Assembly (NCBI GenBank): GCA_005400705.1
Contig: GCA_005400705.1_4079.1
From: Escherichia coli
Lineage (GTDB): Bacteria; Pseudomonadota; Gammaproteobacteria; Enterobacterales; Enterobacteriaceae
Length of the DNA: 64,000 nucleotides
Reading direction: 5' to 3' (one strand)
Numbering within the stretch: position 1 is the first letter of the stretch; the number at the start of each line of letters is the position of its first letter. The notes beneath the pieces were generated by a model that had not been told where the DNA came from, ran no database searches, and worked only from the letters and a program-made list of their open reading frames with translations. Below, in pieces: positions 38,149 through 48,312 of this stretch. The translations under genes and the position numbers were made by a program.

Positions 38149-40812
38149 TTATTGACATGCCTCCAAACGACGAGCCATTAACTCCGCACGGCGTGTGGTT
38201 TGGCGATACCAAGCAGAATTACGGATTTGTGCCGCTGCTTGTTTGTAATTACCTTTTGCCATTTCTGATAACATAGTTTTAAATTTCAATACACCACCTT
38301 TACCCATCTGAAATACCATTTGGCATAGTACTTGTTGAGCAAGATAAGGAGTTTTCATGTTATATGATGCATAAATTGATTTGGCATCATAAATTGCTTT
38401 ACTACTATCACGAACTAACATATCGTTGGCTTGCTGTTCAGTTATTCCATCTGAAAAGTTTTCACCACTAATAATCAAGTGACCATAACCAATAGTTGGA
38501 TACCCACGACTATCCAAATAACGCCAGAATTTACCATTACGATAATATCCTTTTGCTTGTTGGTATTGTAATGTACCTTCATATTCTTTTAATTCAGAAA
38601 TAAACTGTGCATCACCTGGAACAACTTTCCAATCGATTGCAGTTTTATCAACATTTCCAATATTATAGGTAGGTTGCTCCACCGGAGTTGTTGAAGCTCC
38701 ACTTCTCTGTGTTCTTCTCCTACGAGGCACATGACGAGAACCACGTTGAGAATATCCAGTACCTATCGTTTTGATTTTTGTTGTAACTACCAATTCATCA
38801 CTATCAACTGAAGGTTGTACAACTGCTTTTGGAGCAGATTGATTAGTTGCTTGACCACCAATTAATGTTTTATTCGCCGCATCAGACCCTGTTCCTGTTT
38901 GTGAAGCATAAAATAATCCTGGGTCAACAGAACCACTGAATCCAAGAACATTTGCTGATGTAACACGAATTTCAAACTGTATGACACCATTTGCTTTTCC
39001 AACAACTTGACCTTTTTGAACAACATCTTTGTTTAATAAATCAGATTGAATATTATAAAAAATAGATTTATATCCAGACTTATGTTGTATTAAAAGAGCA
39101 CCATTAGTAATTACTACCACACCACCATCTGGTGCAACTACATCACCTTTACATTGTATTTCCCAACCTGAACGGTCTGCCTTTCCTCCACTTTGTGTTG
39201 GAACACCTTTCCCCCAGTAACCATATTGTCGAATAGTACCGCTACATGGCATTAACATATGTAAACCTTCATATGTAATACTATATCCAGTCATCCCAGG
39301 ATCAGATGTCATCAAATCTTGTGATTGAACTTGTTCAGTTTCTGATGTATAGTTAACAAACTGAACAGCTTCAGTGTCTTGTGCTACGGGTAATTCTGGT
39401 GATACATCATTTGCTGGTTGTGGTTGTACTGGTGATTCACTAGAACCACTTCCACCACCTTGTCTTGGTGGTTCAACATAACTACCATGATTTTCAGCGT
39501 TAACCCATGCAGCAATATCATGAATGTGTTCATTAAGACCAGCAGATGGTGTTCTAAAGTTTGGTGCAGTAAATTCAGCAGTACCGCTATTACCACCACT
39601 ATTAACTGTTAATGTTTGACCACCACCACTAATAATTGCTGATGATGATCCAATTAGGTTTGCAGATGTTGCGGCAGAAATAGAAGCATTTGAACCAGCC
39701 GTAATATCAGTACTGCTACCACTTTGCATACGTAATGATGCAGCAGTAACTAAACGAAGGTCTGCCCCAGAATTAACAACAACTTGACCACCAACTTTTG
39801 CATCAAGAGCACCAATTAGATCTAATTTAGTATTTGCACCAACTCGTGCATTGAAATCTTGTCCGGTTTCAATATTATATGAACGTCCAGCAGTAATATT
39901 AATATCTTGACCAGCACGAATATTAATATTCTTATCACAGTGCATGTCAATATCACCTTCACCAGTGAATTTTATACGTGCAGTGCCATCACGGTTAATT
40001 AAAAGAACATCACCAGTAGCTTCTGATAAAAGAAGTTGTGCACCACTACGTGTTTTTATTACGACACCTTCATTTTTACGAGAACCAACACGTGTATCGT
40101 TTACTGGGTTATTAAATTGTGTATCTTGATATCCATCTGGGTCTTGATCCCACGTTGGTGCTGTTAATTCCTCTTCAGTATATCCATCATCAATAATAAA
40201 ACTATTACCACGTGGCGAAGACATACCATATACAGTACTGGTGGTTTGACGAGTACTACTACGATTCGCCAACCCAGCTTCTTCGTCATATAAAAGGTTT
40301 TGCTTTTTAAGACCTGCGATAATTGGAACGTTAGCATATTTGTCTTGCATATCGGTAGTGATAGTGTTACGATCATAGTCAGTAACAGGAAGTGGCATAT
40401 CAGTTCCACCATAATTACTTACTTCAGTTGCCATACCAGGAACCATAGTATTCATACGCTGGTCATATACACAACCAATCCAATATGCTTGGAATGTACG
40501 GGCTTGTGCAAAAATTACAACAACTGTACACCCTACATCTGGTGGTACTGCCCAAAAACCATATCCTTTTGGATATTGACCATATGCATCAGCACTTGGA
40601 ATACCTGGTGTTTTGCCAGCAAAAGGAGACATGTAAGATGCTTCTATCCATGATTCTTTTGAGTTTTTATCACTTTGAGAACCTTGTATCCAAACTTTCA
40701 GTTTTCCTGATTTAGTTGGATCTCTGTTATCCATAACAGTTGCTAACTGCGGATAAGATGGGTCAAAACGACCCAACTGCTGTTGTGCATACTTTTTACT
40801 TGTATCTGCCAT
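38149..40812 (-). CDS. baseplate central spike (gp5/VgrG-like) fused to an M23-like domain and a C-terminal GH24 lysozyme domain
   Basis: 887 aa: N-terminal OB-fold-like region; beta-helical repeat region (NINIRAGQDINITAGRSYNIETGQDFNARVG...); M23-like barrel lacking obvious HxH; Arg-rich linker; C-terminal 150 aa paralogous to the free lysozyme (YEGTLQYQQ...PTIGYGHLI...MVFQMGKGGVLKF...). Confidence 0.7.
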   Translation of the reverse strand: MADTSKKYAQQQLGRFDPSYPQLATVMDNRDPTKSGKLKVWIQGSQSDKNSKESWIEASYMSPFAGKTPGIPSADAYGQYPKGYGFWAVPPDVGCTVVVIFAQARTFQAYWIGCVYDQRMNTMVPGMATEVSNYGGTDMPLPVTDYDRNTITTDMQDKYANVPIIAGLKKQNLLYDEEAGLANRSSTRQTTSTVYGMSSPRGNSFIIDDGYTEEELTAPTWDQDPDGYQDTQFNNPVNDTRVGSRKNEGVVIKTRSGAQLLLSEATGDVLLINRDGTARIKFTGEGDIDMHCDKNINIRAGQDINITAGRSYNIETGQDFNARVGANTKLDLIGALDAKVGGQVVVNSGADLRLVTAASLRMQSGSSTDITAGSNASISAATSANLIGSSSAIISGGGQTLTVNSGGNSGTAEFTAPNFRTPSAGLNEHIHDIAAWVNAENHGSYVEPPRQGGGSGSSESPVQPQPANDVSPELPVAQDTEAVQFVNYTSETEQVQSQDLMTSDPGMTGYSITYEGLHMLMPCSGTIRQYGYWGKGVPTQSGGKADRSGWEIQCKGDVVAPDGGVVVITNGALLIQHKSGYKSIFYNIQSDLLNKDVVQKGQVVGKANGVIQFEIRVTSANVLGFSGSVDPGLFYASQTGTGSDAANKTLIGGQATNQSAPKAVVQPSVDSDELVVTTKIKTIGTGYSQRGSRHVPRRRRTQRSGASTTPVEQPTYNIGNVDKTAIDWKVVPGDAQFISELKEYEGTLQYQQAKGYYRNGKFWRYLDSRGYPTIGYGHLIISGENFSDGITEQQANDMLVRDSSKAIYDAKSIYASYNMKTPYLAQQVLCQMVFQMGKGGVLKFKTMLSEMAKGNYKQAAAQIRNSAWYRQTTRRAELMARRLEACQ

Positions 40813-40825
40813 AATATTTTATTCC

Positions 40826-43075
40826 TTAATCAACTATACTATCGTGACGTTTGAGTGCACGAATTACAATTGCAGCTTGAATTTGTTGTGTAAAAGAACC
40901 ACCTGCACCAAAATCATGAACAATTTTATTAACACGATAAATTGTTTGGTTAAATGTGGTTGGTGTATTAATATCCAAAACACCAGTGTTATCATTTATT
41001 GATATTACTGGTTGTAATTTCAGTAATAGATACGCTTCAGATGTTATATAATTTGCTACATGATAATCATCTGGGTTAATTTCCATATCTTCACCATTAA
41101 TTACTTGTTCTAGATATTGTAAGTAAGAGTAATCACTCCACCCTAACCAGTACGGGTCGCCTACTACACGCATATCGAGTTTACACAAAAAAGGTCTATT
41201 GTAATAGTTGTCACGTATTTTACGTCTATCCATTTCATATGTGCTGCTGTTATCGTTTAACGAAGCGGATAAAGTTGTTTCATTGTTAGTTGCTTCGGTT
41301 GGCATTGTGAACACTTCACCATAACGGTGACCAACACCATCAGTACCGCCATCGTTTTCTTCATAAGTGGTTACATAATCCTCAATATATTGAGGTAAAA
41401 CATTGACTTGATAGTTATTATAACGGTCTTGTTCTTCTGCGTTACCAACCTGCATTTGATTTTTTGCTAAAGTTTCAACTTCAGTTAACAATTGTTGTTG
41501 GGCTTGTGTTAACATCCCTCCTAAATCACGAGTTACACGTAAATCACTTGTTTTTGCCCATGCGTCTGGTATACTATTGTATTGTACACCTTGAATATTG
41601 AGTTCTTGGGATGTATGTGTACCTGCATGGTTCGCTACATCTTGTATCGGACCAGGGTTACGTGTAGTGGCTACGAAAAATTGCTGATCGAATTTCAAAT
41701 CCAAATCAAGTATCTCACTATTAAGCCCACTAAATTGATAATTATAAGTTTTCATGTTTATTTTTGGTTTTTGATCATTAGGATCTACGTATTTTTCTGC
41801 GTTCTCGAAAAAGTACTCAAATGTGAAATTTTCAGGTTGTAAATCCGATTCATGAACAATATCACCTATTTTAAATCTAACAATATAAAAAATTACTTTA
41901 TAAACAGAAGTATTACGATAATTATCAAAACCAACGTATTGTTTAACTGGTATAATGTTTACAAATTGACGCACACTAGTACTATCATCGGCTTGTACAG
42001 TACATGTATCAATAACGTCATCAATAATTCGAGATATAGGAGTACTTGGGTTCCATGAAAAGTTTTTAGAACCTTGTGCACCACTTTTAGTTGTTCCGGC
42101 CTCTGCCATTTGTTTAGAATCATAGTTTATAAACAAATCTTGCAAATCAGGTGCTACTTTAAATTCGAAAAATTTACCTTCGGATAATTCACCAAATTTA
42201 TATCTAAGATAACCATATTGTTGGTCAGCCATCTGATTTAATTTATCTTCTAAATCAAAGCAGAAGTCACCAAAGTTTTCAGCAGTACAATTGAATGGTT
42301 CTTTTAAGGTCCATTCAATGTTATCAACTAAAGCTGCTCTATTATGAACTAAGTTCATAGTATACATCATAGTACTACCACTTTGTGAAGCACTTGCAGT
42401 AACACTATTAATTTTAACTGACCAGCGTCTTGTTGTTTCTGGGATAATTTCAGGTATTCCATTTTTATTAAAGCCAATAAACTTTAATTCCAAGATCAAT
42501 GGCAAGTCCATAAATTTATGATATCTAAGTTTGTTACTTAACGAAATTAATTCATCATAAAGACTCATACTATTATTTTCAGACATATTAAGTACTGCTG
42601 TATTAAAACAATAGTTTGTTGTCATTCCTGGTGTTGAAGGTCCAGCTTGTGTCATTTGTACACTAGTGATATTATATTTGCCAGTAACACCACTTTCTGA
42701 TATCACATGTCGTTGCACTTCTGCATCTGGGTAAAGCCAAAAGTTTTTAAAATCATCTTTATCTAAGGCAAATAAACAAAAGTGCCATGTTGGATTATCA
42801 TATTTCAATAATTTATTGTCATACGGTATTACAAACTGACTTAAATCTAGATCTTCATAAACTTGATCAACACTAGCACTTTGTTTTGGTAATGATACTA
42901 CATTACTTACATTTGCTTTGTAATTATTTTTTGTAATAGTTTTTACATCATTTTGTAATGTATTTGCTGTAGCTTTCAAACTATCAAGTGCATTAGATGT
43001 GGTGGTTTTAGCCTTACCAGTAATACTTGTAATATCATTTTGAAAATTATCAACTGTACTTCGTAAATCTGCCAT
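40826..43075 (-). CDS. baseplate hub protein (gp27 / GpD-like), tentative
   Basis: 749-aa ORF immediately upstream of the spike gene and downstream of a LysM-like protein, the conserved hub position; GGAG RBS; assignment is by synteny, not motif. Confidence 0.4.
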   Translation of the reverse strand: MADLRSTVDNFQNDITSITGKAKTTTSNALDSLKATANTLQNDVKTITKNNYKANVSNVVSLPKQSASVDQVYEDLDLSQFVIPYDNKLLKYDNPTWHFCLFALDKDDFKNFWLYPDAEVQRHVISESGVTGKYNITSVQMTQAGPSTPGMTTNYCFNTAVLNMSENNSMSLYDELISLSNKLRYHKFMDLPLILELKFIGFNKNGIPEIIPETTRRWSVKINSVTASASQSGSTMMYTMNLVHNRAALVDNIEWTLKEPFNCTAENFGDFCFDLEDKLNQMADQQYGYLRYKFGELSEGKFFEFKVAPDLQDLFINYDSKQMAEAGTTKSGAQGSKNFSWNPSTPISRIIDDVIDTCTVQADDSTSVRQFVNIIPVKQYVGFDNYRNTSVYKVIFYIVRFKIGDIVHESDLQPENFTFEYFFENAEKYVDPNDQKPKINMKTYNYQFSGLNSEILDLDLKFDQQFFVATTRNPGPIQDVANHAGTHTSQELNIQGVQYNSIPDAWAKTSDLRVTRDLGGMLTQAQQQLLTEVETLAKNQMQVGNAEEQDRYNNYQVNVLPQYIEDYVTTYEENDGGTDGVGHRYGEVFTMPTEATNNETTLSASLNDNSSTYEMDRRKIRDNYYNRPFLCKLDMRVVGDPYWLGWSDYSYLQYLEQVINGEDMEINPDDYHVANYITSEAYLLLKLQPVISINDNTGVLDINTPTTFNQTIYRVNKIVHDFGAGGSFTQQIQAAIVIRALKRHDSIVD

Positions 43076-43086
43076 ACGTTACTCCA

Positions 43087-43401
43087 TTAGCCTATGTTTC
43101 GAGTACCATTAAGATAATTTTGTACTCTTTGATTTGCTGGTATTCTAATTGTTACTCCACTTTTAAAATTATATATAGGATCTTCTCCTAGTATGTCTGG
43201 ATTTAACAATGCGAAAATATAATATAAGCGTTCATTACCATACATTTCGTATGCTAAACGCCAAGGTTGATATTCATATTTCAATGGGATCTCATAAAAA
43301 TCATCAGTATCAGCCGGAACAATATCACGTGGTAAATTATACCCAAGATACCATGTTTGTTTCACCTTAGCGTAAGGTGAGTATTGACTATAGTTGGACA
43401 T
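43087..43401 (-). CDS. LysM-like tail protein (GpX-like), tentative
   Basis: 104 aa; C-terminal segment YEIPLKYEYQPWRLAYEMYGNERLYYIFALLNPDI...SGVTIRIP fits the LysM pattern; position before the hub as in pyocin/Mu-like modules. Confidence 0.4.
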   Translation of the reverse strand: MSNYSQYSPYAKVKQTWYLGYNLPRDIVPADTDDFYEIPLKYEYQPWRLAYEMYGNERLYYIFALLNPDILGEDPIYNFKSGVTIRIPANQRVQNYLNGTRNIG

Positions 43402-44132
43402 TAAATGAATCCTCCTTTACGTAATAGTTCACCACGTTTGAATGCATTGAGGTTGAACGTTTTAGTCATATAATCCGATGTTGGTTGTTCTTCAAGTTGT
43501 AACATAACTGAGATTTTTTGTGGAACCCAAACTTCATCTTGTGGGTTCATATATCCAGTACTTCTAAGTTGTTCGAAGAATTTTCTACTATCCATGTCGG
43601 ATAAATTAAAAGTACTATCGCTACTATTCAACGGAACTTGAATATAAGAAACATCATTTGGGTAAGTAAAATTATAAGATTTTAAAATAACAGGAATATC
43701 ATTATATGTATAACGACCATATCCACTTAGAAGTAAGATTGGTGGTGGTGCACCTGCAATTGCGAGTTCGGGGTTATTAGCCGAAGCAGCTTGTCTACCA
43801 AAATCCATCAACGAAACAGAACGTATAAAATGAACACATGCCAACGCATACATAGCTTCTGCTGCTGTATTCGCATAAAATTCACCCTGAATCGTGAAAA
43901 CTGTATTAGTAGTGTTCTTATAGTTGTTATAGTTACTGTTAGTATGTATAGGGGACTGTGTTTCATACTGAATTGACCTTTGTTCAGTAATTGTTGGTGT
44001 TACAGTCCAAACCAACCCATTAGTTGGACGCAGAAACGAAAGTAGAGTTGGTTCGGAGCTATCTCCAAAATCACCATATACATAGTTAGCACCTGCGGCT
44101 TTAGGTCGTAATCGAATTCTACGATCAATCAT
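43401..44132 (-). CDS. baseplate/tail tube-associated protein (tube initiator-like?), tentative
   Basis: ORF-track 43401..44222; start moved to ATG 44132 (MIDRRIRL...) which has a GGAGAA RBS at 8-nt spacing; first gene of the baseplate operon. Confidence 0.4.
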   Translation of the reverse strand: MIDRRIRLRPKAAGANYVYGDFGDSSEPTLLSFLRPTNGLVWTVTPTITEQRSIQYETQSPIHTNSNYNNYKNTTNTVFTIQGEFYANTAAEAMYALACVHFIRSVSLMDFGRQAASANNPELAIAGAPPPILLLSGYGRYTYNDIPVILKSYNFTYPNDVSYIQVPLNSSDSTFNLSDMDSRKFFEQLRSTGYMNPQDEVWVPQKISVMLQLEEQPTSDYMTKTFNLNAFKRGELLRKGGFI

Positions 44133-44178
44133 CTTTTTGATTCTCCATAATAAGGGAACATTTGATGTATTTATACGT

Positions 44179-44206
44179 GGGACAAACTGCTTTTTGGTGC
44201 TATAAT
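44179..44206 (+). promoter_or_regulatory. sigma70-type early promoter (GGGACA-N16-TGcTATAAT)
   Basis: GTGGGACA 44177-44184, 16-nt spacer, extended -10 TGcTATAAT 44198-44206; shares the core TGGTGCTATAAT with the promoter at 49898. Confidence 0.6.
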
Positions 44207-44263
44207 AACATTGATGGTACAAGGATTGTACCTATTGGATTTAAACATGGAGAGTAAAATACA

Positions 44264-45103
44264 ATGACAAATAGACCAAAGCGTAAAAAGTATCTCAATA
44301 ATGCTGATTTACTGCGTGAAATACAAAAAAGTAAAATTTCATATTGCTGGTTATTAGACAAATCATATAGTATGTATGATTATATTGTTTTTCATGAGTC
44401 AGAAATTACTGCTGAGTTACTAGAAAAAGCTAAGGCAGCCCGAATTAAACGACTGAACAATGAAATGCTTGATAGTATTCGTGAAAAGGAAAATATGAGT
44501 GCTAAAAAAGCTAAAGAATATGCAGATGAACACAATTTAGTTATCACTGACGTTCCAATTGATGAAGTTGTTATTCGTGTTATTACAGATGAACATATTC
44601 CACCAGATACTAGAGTTAACTTTGAACCATTCAAGCATTATATTGTAGATAATGAAGGTATTCTCTATGAAGTTTGTCGTTCTCACTGGAAAGGCGACCT
44701 TGAAACTGGTGAATTCAGTACTGTTCATGGTAAAATTACAAATGAACTTGGGAAGATGTTCATTAAACTTGCAGAGGAAATCTCACACAAATCTAATTAC
44801 AGAAACTATACATACTTAGATGAAATGATGGGTGATGCAAGAATACAATTAGTTAAAAACGCACTTCTCTTTAAAGAGAGCATTCTTTATAAAAAAGATA
44901 AACCAGCAGTTCAGCTAAATCCTTTCTCTTACTATACATCATTCGTAAACAATAGTTTTCGTTCTATATTGAATAGTGAGAAAAATGTTCGAAATATACG
45001 TGATGATTTACTTGAAATGCATGGCTTTACGCCATCACATACACGTCAAATTGAAATTGAATTGAACATGATTGAAAGGAAAAATGAAGATGGCTCTGTT
45101 TGA
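44264..45103 (+). CDS. late-transcription sigma factor, gp55-like
   Basis: 279 aa; N-terminal KKYLNNADLLREIQKSK resembles the gp55 family N-terminus as recalled from memory; conserved T4 synteny gp55-gp47-gp46. Confidence 0.55.
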   Translation: MTNRPKRKKYLNNADLLREIQKSKISYCWLLDKSYSMYDYIVFHESEITAELLEKAKAARIKRLNNEMLDSIREKENMSAKKAKEYADEHNLVITDVPIDEVVIRVITDEHIPPDTRVNFEPFKHYIVDNEGILYEVCRSHWKGDLETGEFSTVHGKITNELGKMFIKLAEEISHKSNYRNYTYLDEMMGDARIQLVKNALLFKESILYKKDKPAVQLNPFSYYTSFVNNSFRSILNSEKNVRNIRDDLLEMHGFTPSHTRQIEIELNMIERKNEDGSV

Positions 45104-46121
45104 TAAAGCAATTACATTCACTGATATTCACTTAGGTTTAAAGAATAACAGCAAGCAACACAATGAAGATTGTTTAAACTTCATTAAATTCATGATTGAT
45201 GTAGCTAAAAAAAATAATATCAAAGTTTGTGTTTTTATGGGAGATTATTTTCATAATAGAAGTAATATCAATATCCAAACACTAAACTATGGTTTACAAA
45301 TTCTTCAATTATTAAATGATAATTTTGAAAAAGTATATTTTTTAGTAGGCAACCATGATATGTATCATAAAAACAAACGTGATATAACAAGTATCAATAT
45401 GGCTCAAGTTTATGAAAATATAGAATTCATTAATGAAATTACAACATTTGATGATTGTACTTTCATTCCATTTATGATTGAAGATGAATATAAGTTGTTA
45501 CCTCAACTAAAAAGTAAGTATGTTTTTGGTCACTTAGAGTTACCAGGTTACTTGCTTAACAAGATGGTAGAAATGCCTGATCATGGAAAAGAAACAGAAG
45601 GTTCTTTTGGTGGTTGTGAGTATGTTTTTAGTGGGCATTTTCATAAAAGGCAGTCAAAAACAACTTCAAAAGGAACTCGTGTAGTTTATACTGGTAATTG
45701 TTTTCCACATAATTTTTCCGATACATGGGATGATGCAAGAGGTGTGATGATTCTTGAACATGGTAAAGAACCTATTTTCAAGTCATGGGATAATGCACCA
45801 AAATATAGAACATTCACACTTTCTGAATTGTTGACTGATCCAAGCTATTATCTACAAGATAACACAATATCAAAAGTTCAAGTTGATATATCAATAACAA
45901 CTGATGAGATTAGTTTTATTCGTGATACATTTACTAAACTTTATAACATTAGGGAGTTTAATGTTGTAACTAGCAAGCAAAGTATTTCAGAATTAATCGA
46001 AGATGGTGTTAGTTTTGAAAGTACTGAATCAGTTGATGAGATAGTTTTACAGCAAATTATGGAAATTGATTCACCAATGTTTGATAAAAATCTTCTAATC
46101 CAAATTTACAGATCGTTATAA
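45090..46121 (+). CDS. recombination endonuclease subunit gp47 (Mre11-like)
   Basis: Calcineurin-like phosphoesterase motifs (FTDIHLG, GDYFHN, LVGNHDM); ORF-track 45072 start is TTG; ATG 45090 has an AAGGA RBS at 9 nt. Confidence 0.8.
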   Translation: MALFDKAITFTDIHLGLKNNSKQHNEDCLNFIKFMIDVAKKNNIKVCVFMGDYFHNRSNINIQTLNYGLQILQLLNDNFEKVYFLVGNHDMYHKNKRDITSINMAQVYENIEFINEITTFDDCTFIPFMIEDEYKLLPQLKSKYVFGHLELPGYLLNKMVEMPDHGKETEGSFGGCEYVFSGHFHKRQSKTTSKGTRVVYTGNCFPHNFSDTWDDARGVMILEHGKEPIFKSWDNAPKYRTFTLSELLTDPSYYLQDNTISKVQVDISITTDEISFIRDTFTKLYNIREFNVVTSKQSISELIEDGVSFESTESVDEIVLQQIMEIDSPMFDKNLLIQIYRSL

Positions 46122-46129
46122 GGGACTAT

Positions 46130-48277
46130 ATGCTAAACATTACACGTATATCTATGAGGAACTTCTTTTCATTTGGTAATGCACCACAATCAATTGATTT
46201 GAATGGTTCCGACATTTCATTAGTACTGGGTCAAAATAATGATGCAGTTATTGAAGGTGGTGACAGTACCGGACGTCGAAATGGTGTAGGGAAAAGTGCT
46301 ATTATTCAAGGATTAGTTTTTGGATTATTTGGTAAAAGTATTGGTAATGATATTAAAATTCCGAACCTAGTCAATAAAACTAATGGCAAAAATTGTGAAG
46401 TAGTTGTAGAGTTTGAAAAAGATGGTGTACAATATCTGGTTGAACGTGGGAGAAGTCCCACGTATTTCAATTTTGTTACTTTAGGGAAAGATAATAAAAT
46501 TGAAGATGAATCAAGGGGAGAAAAGAAAGACACACAAGAAGATTTGAATGAAATTCTTGGTATATCTCAATTATTATTTGAACATATTGTAGTACTGAAT
46601 GCTAACGTTGAACCTTTCTTAGCTTTATCCACACAAAAACAACGTGATATGATAGAAGAACTTCTTGGAATAACACAGTTGACGGAAAAAGCTGAAATGC
46701 TAAAGGAGATGTATAAGGATACTAAACGTTTAGCCGAACAAGAAAAGTTCAAAAATGAAACTGTAGCTGCAAGTAATGAACGTATTCAAAAAAGTATTGA
46801 GACACTACAAGAACAGGCAAACCAGTTTGAAATTGATAAAAATAATAGAGTATCTAAGTTAAATGAAGAGTTGAATATATATAAAACTTTAGACTTTAAT
46901 GACCTCTATGAAGCTGCTGATATAAAAGAGAAAGCTCTTATTCATAACGCAAAGCGTGGGGAAATCGAACGCCGTGTACAAGAGTTGGCTTTAAAATTTG
47001 ATGCATATGACCGTGAACTTGAAAGATCTAAAAGAGAATTAAATCTAAGCATTGATAAGCTAAAAACTATTGATATTAGTGCAGAATTGGAAAATCATAA
47101 TGAGTTGGAGATATGGAAACAGTTAGAGGGTATTCTAAAAGAGAATAATAACCAAAAACGTTTCAAAGAACAAAAACTAAACTCACTAAAAATAGCTTTA
47201 AAAGGATATGAATGTTCAATTAATGCTGAAATTGACAAATTATCAACAGTTGAAAACAGCAAATGTCCACTTTGTATGTCTGAATTAGAACATAACGAAC
47301 ATACTTCTTCAATTAAAGACAAAATCCAAAGTACTATTAATGATCTTCAAGCTAAAATTGATAGTTCTTCTTCTGAAATTGAAACATTACTTCAAGAAAT
47401 TGATAGTATTGAGATTTTTGATATGCCACCTAAGCCTGTGACATATTATAATACACTTTCAGAAGCACAAATGCATGAACATAAGCTTCAAGAATTGGTC
47501 AGAAAGAGTGAAGAAGAACAAATAAACATCTATGCAAATGAACTTATGTCATCATATGATGAACTTAACTCATATGAACTAATGGAAGTTCCAGATACAT
47601 TAAACAAATATGAAGTTAAAGAGTTAGAAATGACTGTAAATTCATTATCACAGCAATTAGATCGTGAATTGAAGACTACTAACACATTTATTAGCCAAAT
47701 TAATACCCTGAAGACTGATTCTTTAGTACCAATCGATTATAGCGACTATAATAATCTTGATAAAATGTCAAATCACCAAGATTTCTTGGTTAAATTACTT
47801 TTAAACAAGGATTCTTATGTCCGTAAACGTATTATTGAGCAAAATATCTCATATTTGAATACACGACTTCAGTACTATATCGATATGTGCGGTTCTGAGC
47901 ATAATGTTGTGTTTTTGAATGATTTGAGTGTTGAAATTGAGAAGAGTGGACAGTACTTTGACTATAAACAGCTTAGTAGAGGTGAGCGTACAAGGGTAAA
48001 CATCGCATTATCTTGTGCTTTCCGTGATACATATGAGTCATTATACCAAAGTATTAATATTCTTATCATTGATGAGATGATTGACCAAGGTCTTGACTCA
48101 AGTGGTGTTCTACGTGTGTGGTCTATCTTCCAAGATATGGCTGCTGTACGTGGTAAGAACGTTTATGCTATTTCCCACAGAGAAGAGTTACTATCTAAGA
48201 CTGAAAAAATCCTCAAAGTTGTTAAAGAGGACGGTTTCAGTACTGTTGAATATGCAACCCTTGACGATGTTTTCTAA
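46130..48277 (+). CDS. recombination endonuclease subunit gp46 (Rad50/SbcC-like ATPase)
   Basis: N-terminal Walker A GRRNGVGKS, long central coiled-coil-like region, C-terminal Walker B ILIIDEMIDQGLD. Confidence 0.85.
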   Translation: MLNITRISMRNFFSFGNAPQSIDLNGSDISLVLGQNNDAVIEGGDSTGRRNGVGKSAIIQGLVFGLFGKSIGNDIKIPNLVNKTNGKNCEVVVEFEKDGVQYLVERGRSPTYFNFVTLGKDNKIEDESRGEKKDTQEDLNEILGISQLLFEHIVVLNANVEPFLALSTQKQRDMIEELLGITQLTEKAEMLKEMYKDTKRLAEQEKFKNETVAASNERIQKSIETLQEQANQFEIDKNNRVSKLNEELNIYKTLDFNDLYEAADIKEKALIHNAKRGEIERRVQELALKFDAYDRELERSKRELNLSIDKLKTIDISAELENHNELEIWKQLEGILKENNNQKRFKEQKLNSLKIALKGYECSINAEIDKLSTVENSKCPLCMSELEHNEHTSSIKDKIQSTINDLQAKIDSSSSEIETLLQEIDSIEIFDMPPKPVTYYNTLSEAQMHEHKLQELVRKSEEEQINIYANELMSSYDELNSYELMEVPDTLNKYEVKELEMTVNSLSQQLDRELKTTNTFISQINTLKTDSLVPIDYSDYNNLDKMSNHQDFLVKLLLNKDSYVRKRIIEQNISYLNTRLQYYIDMCGSEHNVVFLNDLSVEIEKSGQYFDYKQLSRGERTRVNIALSCAFRDTYESLYQSINILIIDEMIDQGLDSSGVLRVWSIFQDMAAVRGKNVYAISHREELLSKTEKILKVVKEDGFSTVEYATLDDVF

Positions 48278-48284
48278 TTAAAGA

Positions 48285-48312
48285 TAAAGGGAGCCTTAGC
48301 TCCCTTTTTTTA
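48285..48312. terminator. bidirectional intrinsic terminator after gp46
   Basis: AAGGGAGC-CTTA-GCTCCCTT hairpin followed by TTTTTTAT; the stop codon of the convergent minus-strand nuclease gene lies in its loop. Confidence 0.75.

Noticed and set aside
39384-40715. Several 61-117-aa ORFs on both strands
   Set aside because: All nested within the 887-aa spike gene; none has independent start signals.
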